Assembly: GCF_006345805.1 (NCBI RefSeq)
Contig: NW_021835835.1
Span: forward strand, 1-38,046
Source: Octopus sinensis
Taxonomy: Eukaryota
DNA length: 38,046 nucleotides
Reading direction: 5' to 3'
Shown here: piece after piece, positions 10,941 to 22,704 of the stretch
How the letters are laid out: each line of letters starts with the position of its first letter
Position numbering within the stretch: position 1 is the first letter of the stretch
The notes under the pieces: generated by a model
Seen by the model: only the letters and a program-made list of their open reading frames with translations
Databases searched by the model: none
Told to the model about the DNA's origin: nothing
Made by a program: the position numbers and the translations under genes

Positions 10941-12785
10941 GAAGGGTGTTGGTCGTAGTTTCTTTGACGTGAGTTCGAATTGTTACACACTATTATTGTT
11001 TACACCATGTTATATGTTTGTTGCAGTTCTCGCCGCGCGGGTGAATCAAGATTCATTGAATTGACTAAATTGTTGAATTGTTAAATTGCTGCATTTTTGT
11101 TGCTGCGTTCTGCCTGTTTTTGAAAATTGCTTATTCCCCATTTATGGGTGAAGTGGTGAAAAGAGGAGAAATGGAACGTGTCGCAAGTTATACATCCGCA
11201 ACTACACAAGGTATTACGACCAACACCCTTGAAGTTCGCGAGATAAAAATAGAGACAAAGGAATGGAAAAAAGGAAACAAATTGTTACAATAGGAAGGGG
11301 CCAGTTTAAAGCTGACCCCATGAGAAGAAGTGACGAAGAATGTTGCAAGAAAGACGTTTGTGTACAGGACGTTATCAACCGCTACCAAGAAAATAGAGAT
11401 TGCTCCAATAGGGGCAATAGAGGAATGTCTAGGTTACGTGAGAGGATTAACCACCTTCTATACACGTGGAAGAAAATACGGCACAGTGGAGGTCAGGTTC
11501 TCCAGTGAGGAGGACGTTATTAACCATTCCACTGAGCCAGTAAGGACACAAGAGTGGGTGCTGCTGCCGATGTACTATGGCAAACATGTTTGCAGAGTGA
11601 GATTCGGCAGAGTGCCCCCAAGATCGAAGTGGCATGGCTGGTGGCAGCAGTCATGCATGGAATGGAGGAAGATTCAAGGATTCTGAAGATAACCAGAACG
11701 AAGAAAATTAATTGGTGGGGCTACGGCCTTGAAATGATAATTCAAGTTGGGTTAAAAGACCTACATGGAATTGTAGAAGAGATTCTTCTCCCAGAAGACA
11801 TTACACTAAGAGTGGTGGTGGAGGGAAGACCTCCAGCATGTTTTCTATGTAAACAAAAAAGGACATATGAGAGCAAAGTGCCCTCAGCGAGAAAGTAAAG
11901 TAGAGAAACAACAATGCGAAGAGCAGCCCGCCGAAGAGGAGAGGTTGGAAAAAAAGAGAAGACTTTTATTGTTGTAAATAAGAGAAAGAGAAAAGAGCGG
12001 GTGAGCTCTCCAACAGAGGACCAAAAACGAAAGAAGGAAGTAGAGGAGAAAATAGAGGAGGTACAGAGGAATTGGTTAGCTACAGCAGCAGAAGTATTGC
12101 AACATAGAGTGGAAGATATAATCGCGGGCGATTATGATTACAGACGGAAGAACCAAGGGAAACGAATAGCCCGGACAGCCCAGGTCTGGAGCGTAAACAA
12201 GTAAATACTAATAAAAAAAAGTAACATATGTGAAAAGTACCGCAATAGAGTAGAAAATAACGAAATTCAAAGGTGCCATAAGGATTAAATTACCAGCTGA
12301 ACGTTACTCGGAACACATAAAGGGAATGGTGATTGACAAGGAAAGGTATAAAAGGCTGAAAGAACTATTTGTAGATGAAGTCAGCCCTTTGGGGGAAGAA
12401 ATTGAATTTGAAGAACTACTAAAAGTAGTTACATACAATGAGTTAAAAGCTCTAATGAATGGTAATATAGGAGTACTGTAAAAGAGAAAAAAATAGACTT
12501 TTTAACAAAGGAGAAAAAGAAGAGGAAAAAAAGGAAATAGACTTAAAAAAAACTGGGCAAAAAAGATGCAAAAAGGAAAAGAGAAAACTTTCATAACTTG
12601 TATAAATTAACAGTTAAATGGAACTGCTTGAGAGGTGGGGTTCAATGCAGCCATTTCGTTTTCATCGATTTCATTATACATTTTTTTTTTCATTTCTATT
12701 CGTTTTTGTCTCCGCCGTGGTGTTCTGTCTGTCATTGTGCTGTGCGCTCCATGTTATGGCCTGCGTGGCAAATAAAGAAAAGAGG
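10941..12785 (+). mobile_element. ORF1-only non-autonomous L1/Tx1-derived retroelement (HAL1-like)
   Basis: Frameshifted ORF1 homologous to ORF1 at 28343, followed by a ~300-bp UTR ending ggcctgcgtggcaaataaagaaaa like the LINE 3' end; no ORF2. The 5' boundary is tentative, from an 11/13 direct repeat at 10928-10940 and 12786-12798. Confidence 0.7.
11144..12481 (+). pseudogene. LINE ORF1 (gag-like, CCHC zinc knuckle), frameshifted
   Basis: RKTFVYRTLSTATKKIEIAPIGAIEECL..GRKYGTVEVRF..LLPMYYGK..WLVAAV..VVVEGRPPACFLCKQK/GHMRAKCP..EHIKGMVIDKERYKRLKELF aligns with KKTIIYKVINKKTRRTENAPQEKIEKCL..GNKFGTVQVRF..MIPVYLNK..WLVSAI..IVVEGRRPRCYLCGSETHLKKTC..DHIKILHISKSLHHTLKGIF. Confidence 0.85.
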
Positions 12786-13271
12786 CTGTGTGAAGTCGAG
12801 AGTTGAGTATCATCAAATGAAATTACAAGTATTATGTCTCTTGAGAACGATTTCCGAGGAAGTTACTTCTTATCCCGTCCTATCGTACGCCAAACGTGCG
12901 ATACACCAACACTACGCTACATTTCCTACACATATTTGAGTAACGTTATTATTAGAATGATTACAAATATTATAAATTTCACAAGAAGAGACTCAGTAGT
13001 CGTTTGCTCAGAAGAACGACTTGTTCCTTAATCCGACACGCAGCACCTGCGATTTTAAAGAAATTTTTATTACTTGTTTTAAAATTACATTCCCTTTTTA
13101 TATATAGGTTTTATACACTGTTTTAATAGTAATATTACTTATTGGTTGATCATCACTCTCCCTCCCGTTGGGTAGATACTCAGGGTATAAATTTGCCATA
13201 AAAATTGTCCATAGTGAATTGTACCCCCCAAAATGGACAGGAAAATGTAAAGTGACGAGTAAGAAGCGAGA

Positions 13272-13688
13272 AGGCGGCGAGCTGGCAGAGTCGTTAGCAC
13301 GCCGGGCGAAATGCTTAGCGGTATTTCGTCTGCTGCTACGTTCTGAGTTCAAATTCCGCTGAGGTCGACTTTGCCTTTCATCCTTTCGGGGTTTATAAAT
13401 TAAGTACCAGTTACGCACTGGGGTCGATGTAATCGACTTAATCCGTTTGTCTGTCCTTGTTTGTCCCCTCTGTGTTTAGCCTCTTGTGGATAGTAAAGAA
13501 ATAGGTATTTCGTCTGTCGCTACGTTCTGAGTTCAAATTCCACCGAGGTCGACTTTGCCTTTCATCCTTTCGGGGTCGATAAATTAAGTACCAATTACGC
13601 ACTGGGGTCGATGTAATCGACTTAAACCGTTTGTCTGTCCTTGTTTGTCCCCTCTGTGTTTAGCCCCTTGTGGGCAATAAAGAAATAA
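13272..13688 (+). mobile_element. SINE family B dimer (one head plus two 184-bp bodies) with 15-bp TSD
   Basis: TSD gagtaagaagcgaga at 13257-13271 and 13689-13703; gtatttcgtctg at 13321 and 13505; A-box-like TGGCAGAGTCGTT and B box GAGTTCAAATTCC. Confidence 0.95.
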
Positions 13689-14994
13689 GAGTAAGAAGCG
13701 AGATTGAAGCAAAACAAAAACCGATACCTATTTCAAGCACGAGCGTATCTTTTTGTTACATGCTGTAGAAGGTGCGTTTGTCCGTCGGGTCGGAAAACAT
13801 AGATATATATATATTAACTAAGCTAATATCAGATGTGTATTTACGCAACATTTGGACAACAGCATATTTTTCTTGTCAGTAAATAAACGACAGAAATTAC
13901 GAGACATTACACAACAGATGAAGGAGACGTTATGACAAGAGCGAAGCGTCGGTGTAAAGGCAATACAGGAATCGTCTAACTTTCATTACGTTATCGATTC
14001 AGTGGCTCTTTAGATTGTCAGTGACGGGTGATGGGCATTGGACAATGATGAATAATTGGGAACGAAATGAGGGAGAAATGTGAACAGAGAAAAATTATCG
14101 ACAAGCTGTTTGGTTTATTAAACACATCACTTGTCACCTTCACTGATATTGCTGTTTCTGTAATTATTATGGTTGCTGGTGTTAGTGCTGTTGGTATTGC
14201 CATATAGCGTTGTTGCTGCTGTTGTCGTTCTTGTTGTTGTTGTTATTGTCGTTGTTAACACTGATGTTGATAATGCTGATGGTTTTTGATGGAAGTGTTT
14301 TGTATAATATTTGTTCGTTCACTTTGTTTGTTTGTTTGTGTGTAGTTATAACGGGGGTGTATGCGTGACTGCAAGGAAGAGAAGAGAAGAGAAGCGAAGA
14401 AGAAAAAATAAAAAAGCCCTTCCCATTTGCACCTTGATTATCTGGCCGTGAATAATAAAGACCGCAGAGATTTGGAACATCCAAGCAATTCAGATGGAGC
14501 AGGAGGTGTGTCCTAAGCAACAGTCTGGAAGAAAAGGCATGATCAGCACTTTGCTATCTGTGAACAAATCTAGCCACAATGGAGACAATCAAAGAGATTT
14601 AGAGGCGAATGGGAAGGTGGGTGGTGATTGATGGTGGAGCCGGGGCGTGACGAGAGGGGACTCGAAAATAAAAGATAAAGAAGAGAAGCGAAAATTAAAG
14701 AAGGAGAAGAAGAAGAAGAAGCAGGCGGTGGGAGAAGGGATAAGGATAAGGATTGGGGAGAGTGGGGTCGGAGAGGAGGCGATAGAAAGAGAGGAGATGG
14801 AAATGAGATTAGAAGGAACGATGGAAAAAAGATGGTGGTGGTAACGGTGGAAGTAGGGAAGTATGGGAATGAATAATAAGAATTATAATAACGGGAAAAA
14901 GCCAAAGGAAGAGGAGAGAAACTGCAAAGAATAAAGAGAGGAAACATGTAAAAGAACAATTAAAAAATATGAACAATATAAAAGTGGGATCAGG

Positions 14995-15145
14995 ATGATG
15001 ATGATGATGATCTTCATCATCATCATCATCATCACCATCATCACCATCACTACGACCACCACCGCCATAATAATAATAATAATAATAATGATAATATTAA
15101 TAATATTAATAATATTAATAATAATAATAATGATGATGATGATGA
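14995..15145. repeat. (GAT)n/(CAT)n/(AAT)n trinucleotide field
   Basis: Direct reading. Confidence 0.9.
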
Positions 15146-15164
15146 TCATAATATTAATATTGGG

Positions 15165-15557
15165 TTCAAATGTTTCCACAAGGGCAGCAATTTTAGGGGG
15201 AGGGGATGAGACTATTACATGGACCGCAGTATTTGACTGGTAATAAATTTATCGATCCTGAAAGGCTGATTGGGAAAGTCGACCTCGGTTGAATTTGAAC
15301 TCAGAACTTTGCAACGGCCGAAATACCTATTTCTTTACTGCCTACAAGGGGCTAAATACAGAAAGGACAAACAAGGACAGACAACGGATTAAGTCGATTA
15401 CATCGACCCCAGTGCGTAACTGGTATTTATTTAATCGACTCCGAAAGGATGAAAGGCAAAGTTGACCTCGGCGGAATTTGAACTCAGAACGTAACGGCAG
15501 ACGAAATACGGCTACGAATTTCGCCCGGCGTGCTAACGCTTCTGCCAGCTCGCTACC
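15165..15557 (-). mobile_element. SINE family B dimer; the terminal unit has the alternative tail
   Basis: Head at ~15505-15557; junction gaaatacctatttc at 15320-15333; diverged left unit ends (minus strand) cccctcccctaaaattgctgcccttgtgg. Confidence 0.85.
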
Positions 15558-15611
15558 TTTATAATGATGACGATGCTGCTGCTGATGATGATAATAATAA
15601 TTTATGATTCA

Positions 15612-16092
15612 GTGTGACCCGTGAGATAGAGAATAAGAAGCTGGACATAGTCTTAGTTGAGAAGGAAAATAAACGATGCTGGATCATAGATATAGCATGC
15701 CCAGGTGATAACAAGGTATGCGATAAGGAAGAAAGAAAAGTCAATGGACATGAGAGATTAGCTTGGGAAGTTATGCAGTGGTGGTCGATGAAAAAGGTAG
15801 CAGTAGTACCAATAATTGTCGGAGCCCTGGGTACAGTGAGCAAGAATCTCGAGAATACGTGGAAGAAATAGGAGCTGCAATAAGAGTGGAGCACTTGCAG
15901 AAAACAGCACTGCTTGGAACGGTTGAATACTCCGGAAATGAAACGATGAAAAAAGAAGGGTATACAAAGAATACAATCGAAAGGAAAAGACAGACACGCA
16001 GTATACAAAGGTTTTTAAAAAGAGTGGAGAGATGGTAGAGATGTAGCCGTTGTAATACAGGACGATCTCTAGGGATAATCGGAGAATCCCAA
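15612..16092 (+). mobile_element. 3' fragment of RLE-type non-LTR retrotransposon (R4/Dong-like)
   Basis: KKLDIVLVEKENKRCWIIDIACPGD..KEERK..LAWEV..W..VVPIIVGALG..LQKTALLGT matches the PD..D..K restriction-like endonuclease C-terminus; flanked by (GAT/AAT)n. Confidence 0.85.
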
Positions 16093-16101
16093 ATAATAAT
16101 G

Positions 16102-16132
<31 letters not shown>

Positions 16133-16139
16133 TATTATA

Positions 16140-16606
16140 AAAGATCAGACAAAAAGGATATGTTTATTAATTGACATGAGTATTCCCTGTGATCACAATA
16201 TAGCGGCGAAAGAATTTGACAAGATTAGTAAATATAAAGACCTGCTAATAGAAATTGAAAAAATGTGGCATCTCAAGGCGACTACAGTACCAGTGATTGT
16301 AGGATCTCTAGGAATGATAAAAAAAGGTACTGAAACCTATTTGGAAATGATTCCAGGCTTACCATCCCTACAGGAAGTGCAAAAAATCGTATTAACTGGA
16401 ACGGCTCATGTACTGAGAAGAGCACTATCGCTGTGAAAATAACATCCATCCATAAATTTATTTATTTATTAATTTTTAAATACATATTTTATCTGTGAAT
16501 TTGCGCGTGTAATCTGGGAATGCATACAATGCCCCTCTCTGCCCTAGGTGTATGGAAAAACACTCGGCGAGAAACGGAAGAAAATTTGAAGAAAGAAGGA
16601 AAAAAC
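16140..16606 (+). mobile_element. 3' fragment of a second RLE-type (R4/Dong-like) family
   Basis: CLLIDMSIPCDHNIAAKEFDKISKYKDLLIEIEKMWHLKATTVPVIVGSLG..VQKIVLTGTAHVLRRALSL* (stop 16436) plus 3' UTR; (AAT)n on both sides. Confidence 0.9.
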
Positions 16607-16788
<182 letters not shown>

Positions 16789-16791
16789 CTA

Positions 16792-17131
16792 CTATTTTAT
16801 TGGCCACAAGGGCTCACGTAAAATTACATTAATAGACATGCAACAACATGACAAAAACAGGACGATACAATGGTTTTCGCGTGTACACAATGTAATAATA
16901 AAAATTTAACAAATCAAAACTCCCAATAGGGAAGGTGCTTTAAGATCCCCACAAAAAACCCCTACAAAAGCCACGGATGCCTGAACAACAGAGCAAGAAC
17001 CCTTCTGTTTTTTTTTACAGGTGTACGCTCAAATTTGTAATTTCACACTGGCCATTTTTCCAACATTCGCCCACCTTTCAACAAACTTGCTACAAGGCAA
17101 TACTTCCCTCTCCACGCTCAGCTTGTATTTC
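16792..17131 (-). mobile_element. 3' fragment of a Tx1-like LINE related to 28235-33754
   Basis: Minus strand KYKLSVEREVLPCSKFVERWANVGKMASV parallels KRKVRVERQ..SSECFKKRWVNVARMARM; 3' end gagcccttgtggccaataaaa. Confidence 0.8.
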
Positions 17132-17336
17132 AAGAGAATAATTTCAGGGTCTTGTCACAAGGTCACCAGTTTTGGGGGCAATGATAAGGGAATTTCATCG
17201 ATCTCAGTTCTGGCCTGCAATCTTATTTTATTGAGGTATTGAAATCGTGTGAACACCTGAGGCTGCCGGGTGAAATACGAAACGTTACTCACATATATTA
17301 TGTCGGGAATAAGACCTTTTCTGAGACAAGACAATG

Positions 17337-17376
<40 letters not shown>

Positions 17377-17378
<2 letters not shown>

Positions 17379-17662
17379 TGACAGGTTAGCTTGGGAAGTT
17401 AAGCAGTTGTGGTCGACAAAAAAGGTGGTAGTATTACCAATAATTGTCGGAACCCTGGGAACAGTGAGTGAAAATCTTGAGAAGTACATGGAACAAATAG
17501 GGGCTGTAATAAGGGTGGGGCACTTGCAGAACACAACACTGCTTAGAAGCGGCCGAATACTCTGGAAGGTGCTAAAAAAATAAGGGATGTTACCTTAGTT
17601 CACTGGTAGTGAATAGCTGACACCGTAGTACATCTTCAGCATTAGAAGCTGTGCAAAGGCAG
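17377..17662 (+). mobile_element. 3' fragment of RLE-type LINE, same family as 15612
   Basis: YDRLAWEVKQLWSTKKVVVLPIIVGTLGTVSENLEKYMEQIGAVIRVGHLQNTTLLRSGRILWKVLKK* (stop 17583); (TAA)n on the left, (GAT/AAC/AAT)n on the right. Confidence 0.88.
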
Positions 17663-17718
17663 TGATGATGATAACAACAACAACAATAATAATAACAATG
17701 ATAATAATAATAATAATG

Positions 17719-17754
<36 letters not shown>

Positions 17755-19249
17755 TCAAATTTTGGCGCAAGGCCAGCAATTTTGGTGGAGTGGAGAAGTC
17801 GATTACATCGACCCCCAAAGTACAACTGGTACCTATTTAATCGACTTCGAAAGGCTGAAATGCAAAATCGACTTTGGCGAAATTTAAACTCAGATCGTAC
17901 GTAGAGACGGAAGAAATACCTATTTATTTACTACCCACAAGGGGCTAAACACAGACAGGACAAACAAGGACAGACAAACGGATTAAGTCGATTATATCGA
18001 CCCCAGTGCGTAACTGGTACTTATTTAATCGACCCCGAAAAGATGAAAGGCAAAGTCGACCTCGGCGGAATTTGAACTCAGAACGTAACGGCAGGCGAAA
18101 TACTTATTTCTTTACAACCCACAAGGGGCTAAACACAGACAGGACAAACAAGGACAGATAAACGGATTAAGTCGATTACATCGAACCCAGTGCGTAACTG
18201 GTACTTAATTTATCGACCCCGAAAGGATGAAAGGCAAAGTCAACCTCGGCGGAATTTGAACTCAGAACGTAACGGCAGGCGAAATACTTATTTCTTTACA
18301 ACCCACAAGGGGCTAAACACAGACAGGACAAACAAGGACAGATAAACGGATTAAGTCGATTACATCGAACCCAGTGCGTAACTGGTACTTAATTTATCGA
18401 CCCCGAAGGATGAAAGGCAAAGTCACCTCGGCGGAATTTGAACTCAGAACGTAACGGCAGGCGAAATACTTATTTCTTTACAACCCACAAGGGGCTAAAC
18501 ACAGACAGGACAAACAAGGACAGACAAACGGATTAAGTCGATTATATCGACCCCAGTGCGTAACTGGTACTTATTTAATCGACCCCGAAAAGATGAAAGG
18601 CAAAGTCGACCTCGGCGGAATTTGAACTCAGAACGTACGGCAGGCGAAATACTTATTTCTTTACAACCCACAAGGGGCTAAACACAGACAGGACAACAAG
18701 GACAGATAACGGATTAAGTCGATTACATCGAACCCAGTGCGTAACTGGTACTTAATTTATCGACCCCGAAAGGATGAAAGGCAAAGTCAACCTCGGCGGA
18801 ATTTGAACTCAGAACGTAACGGCAGGCGAAATACTTATTTCTTTACAACCCACAGGGGCTAAACACAGACAGGACAAACAAGGACAGATAAACGGATTAA
18901 GTCGATTACATCGAACCCAGTGCGTAACTGGTACTTAATTTATCGACCCCGAAAGGATGAAAGGCAAAGTCAACCTCGGCGGAATTTGAACTCAGAACGT
19001 AACGGCAGGCGAAATACTTATTTCTTTACAACCCACAAGGGGCTAAACACAGACAGGACAAACAAGGACAGATAAACGGATTAAGTCGATTACATCGAAC
19101 CCAGTGCGTAACTGGTACTTAATTTATCGACCCCGAAAGGATGAAAGGCAAAGTCAACCTCGGCGGAATTTGAACTCAGAACGTAACGACAAGCGAAATA
19201 CCGTTAAGCATTTCGCCCGGCGTGCTAACGTTTCTGCCAGCTCTCCGCC
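17755..19249 (-). mobile_element. SINE family B multimer: one head, seven ~184-bp bodies and a diverged terminal unit
   Basis: ggggctaaacacag at 17941, 18125, 18309, 18491, 18674, 18855 and 19039; single head at ~19195-19249. Confidence 0.95.
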
Positions 19250-19255
19250 TTGATA

Positions 19256-19290
<35 letters not shown>

Positions 19291-19892
19291 ATTTACCTGC
19301 CGAACGACCTGCACAAATGAATTTGTTTATAGTGATCACTGGTTTGTGGCGCACAGTACCTCATTCCTTCCATCAAATCGATGTTGTCTGAACATTGTAA
19401 TAATAATGATGATGATGCTAATGATGATGATATTAATTCTAATTCTATTAATAATAATGAAGCCGCAGCCTCCCTATTATGCACAAGAGATGTAGAAAGC
19501 GAAGAATAACAAATATACAAGAAAGACAGACAAGGGCAAAAAAAAAAGAGAGACAGAACGATGTGAGAAATGAAGAAGTAATTTAAGCAACCAAGTAAAT
19601 GAAGATACTGCGGCAAGAATAAGGGATAAGATGAAGCAACACCAGAACCAGCATCACACACATCATCGATGCTAACCAGGCAGCGTTTATTTCTCTTTTG
19701 CACGTCGTCACTTTTTAAAAAGAGTTTCCTCAGTCCTACGACTCATACGGCCGGTTACCTAGACTCCATTTGGCATGAGTGACCAAGATTACAACATTCA
19801 CCCTGAAAGGGTTGGGGTTTCGTTACTGGAATGAAGGCCAACAATTTTGAGTGGCTGGTCAAGTCAGTTACAACGACCCCATTACCTGGATA

Positions 19893-20289
19893 CTCTTTTA
19901 TTTGTTTCAGTCATTTGACTGTGGCCATGCTGGAGCACCGCCTTTAGTCGTGGAAATCGACCCCAGAACTTATTCTTTGTAAGCCTAGTACTTATTCTAT
20001 CGGTCCCTTTTACCGAACCGCTAAGTTATGGGGACGCAAACACACCAATGTCGGTTTTCAAGCAATGGCGGGGGGACAAACACAGATACACAAACATATA
20101 CACACACACATATATTTACATATATACGACAGGCTTCTTTCAGTTTCCGTCCACCAAATCCACTCACAAGATTTTGGTCGGCCCGAGGCTATAATAAGAA
20201 GACACTTGCTCAAGGTGCCACACAGTGGATCTGAAACGGGAACCATGTGGCTGCTAAGCAAGCTACTTACCACACAGCCATTCCTGCGC
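19893..20289 (-). mobile_element. Full-length family-A SINE (tRNA head, CORE-like block, internal microsatellite, 3' tail)
   Basis: Minus strand TGGCTGTGTGGTAAG (A box) ... GGCACCTTGAGCAAGTGTCTT (resembles the MIR/CORE ccttgggcaagt motif) ... (TA/TG)n ... CAGTCAAATGACTGAAAC. Confidence 0.9.
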
Positions 20290-20613
20290 TATTGTCGAAG
20301 ACATTTCACCAAGATGTCGCGCAGTGGGGCTGAACCCAAAACGACGTGTTTACAAACAAGCTTCTTAACCACTAATGATATGTGCGCCTTATTTTTCTTC
20401 TTTCCACTTATGAGCCTGGCATGCAACAACCGAGTCATTGCCTACGACTTATGAGCAAGACAACATAACTGATTAAACACTTTCACTTTCTACACAGAAG
20501 TTGCTTTATACATTTTACAATCCAATATTAAAATACATTACAAAAATTCACTTTTTTCTCAGCAAATAATTAACGTGTATGTGATGTGATTTGTAAAAAG
20601 GAATTTTGGTTTA

Positions 20614-21204
20614 TATTCTTTTCTACTCTAGGCACAAGGCCCTATATTTTGGGGGAGCAATCGATTAGATCGACCACAGTACGCAACTTGTACTTGATTT
20701 ATGGAACCCTAAGAATGAAAGGCAAAGTCGACCACGGCGGAATTTGACGAAATACCGCTAACCATTTCGCCCGGTGTGCTAACGTTTCTTATTTCTTTAC
20801 TATCCACAAGGGGCTAAACATGGAAGGGACAAACAAGGATAGACAAAGGGATTAAGTTGATTACATCGACACCAGTACAGAACTGGTACTTAATTTATCG
20901 ACCCCGAAAGGATGAAAGGCAAAGTCGACCTCGGCGGAATTTGAACTCAGAACGTAGCCGCAGACGAAATACCTATTTCTTTACTACCCTCAAGGGGCTC
21001 AACACAGAGGGGACAAACAAGGACAGACAAACGGTTTAAGTAGATTACATGGACCCCAGTGCGTAACTGGTACTTGATTTATCGACCCCGAAAGGATGAA
21101 AGGCAAAGTCGACCTCGGTGGAATTTGAACTCAGAACGTAACGGCAGACGAAATACCGCTAAGCATTTCGTCCAGCGTGCCAACGTTTCTGCCAGCTCAC
21201 CGCC
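20614..21204 (-). mobile_element. SINE family B dimer (20790-21204) abutting an older partial copy (20614-20789)
   Basis: Junction gaaatacctatttc at 20966-20979; head ends at 21204. Confidence 0.88.
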
Positions 21205-21374
21205 TTGGTTTATATTATTGGTGATATCAAAGTTCAAAATAGGACTGGCATATGCGTGATATAATCGTGTGTGTGTGCGCGTGCCTTTACATACCTGCAT
21301 GCAAATATATACATAGATACATATATATATATGTATATTATTATTAATATATATATATATATATATATATTAAT

Positions 21375-21410
<36 letters not shown>

Positions 21411-21426
21411 ATAATAATATATATAT

Positions 21427-21668
21427 GGCGCAATGCTTAGGGCAGCGGACTCGCGGTCGTAGGATTGCGGTTTCGATTCCCTGACCGGGTGTTGTGTGTG
21501 TTTATTGAGCGAAAACACCTAAAAGCTCCACGAGGCTCCCTGCTGTACTCTTTCACCACTCTTTCTCTCACTCTTTCTTCTGTTGGCCTGCTCGCTTAGC
21601 GAACGCATTGTGACCAGCGATGTGTAACAACATCTGATAGCCTGATCGGTCACGGTGATCACGGTGAT
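21427..21668 (+). mobile_element. tRNA-derived SINE family C, internally deleted
   Basis: ggcgcaatg..ttagggcagcggactcgcggtcgtaggattgcggtttcgattccc head; gagcgaaaacacctaa and ctttctctcactcttt are shared with 36032-36337. Confidence 0.82.
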
Positions 21669-22020
21669 ATATATATATACATATATATGTATCTTATACA
21701 TATAAATATATAGCTGAACAGAATATAAATTTATTCTATTCACCTAATTTGGAATCTGCACTTCCGAAATACTATAGAACTTACCATTATAAATAGTACG
21801 TATTTGAATAACCAAGTGCGGATACCTTTACTTAGCTGGGTTCCGTTGTCAACACAGTTTGGGTACAAATACCCCTACAAGGAGTCTTCACATTCACTGT
21901 TCAAATAATATCGTTGGAGGTCCGCGGACTATACCGAACTTTTAAGATGCCTCAGTTTAAGTTCCTAATCCAACTGAGTCTTAATTATATATGTGTGTGT
22001 GTGTGTGCTTAGTTCCTCGT

Positions 22021-22150
22021 GTTCTTTTCTGTTGAAAAGCGCAGGATCGAAACTAAAAGACTTTCTTACCTTCCCGAGCGTCAAACTAATACACCTGCTT
22101 GTCGTTTATACACTTGTCTTAGTCTTTTGTTTTACTGTAAATTTCAACTA
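22021..22150 (+). mobile_element. Interspersed repeat fragment with a degenerate hammerhead-like motif (Penelope-like?)
   Basis: Shares ttgaa.agcg...cgaaac.taaaagacttt...gtcaaactaatacac.tgct with 24901-25025. Confidence 0.6.
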
Positions 22151-22202
22151 TACATATATATATATATATATATATATTCATATATATATATATATATATA
22201 TA

Positions 22203-22247
<45 letters not shown>

Positions 22248-22457
22248 CTTTTATATATATATATATATATATATTATTGAGATTCATACATGCATTCACA
22301 CACACACACGCACACATATATATGAATATATATGTGTGCGTGTGTAGTGTAAAGTTTAAACATAAACAAAGTCATAAACCTATAAGCACAAAACGGTATT
22401 TAATATTGATTTGTAAGTGTAGAGTTTGATGAATATAAATTAAATTAAATGACACCG

Positions 22458-22649
22458 TTATTATTATTACTATAATTATTACTATGATTATTATTATTAT
22501 TACTATAATTATTACTATGATTATTATTATTATTATCGTTATTATTATTATAATTATTATTACTATTATTATTACTATGATTATTATTATTACTATTACT
22601 ATTATTATTATTATTATTATTATCATTATTATCATTATTATCATTATTA

Positions 22650-22704
<55 letters not shown>

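Noticed and set aside
14430-14990. ORFs in the purine-rich stretch
   Set aside because: Low-complexity GA-rich sequence with no motif.
17913-19249. CRISPR-like regular array
   Set aside because: Units are near-identical along their whole length with no unique spacers; eukaryotic SINE sequence.
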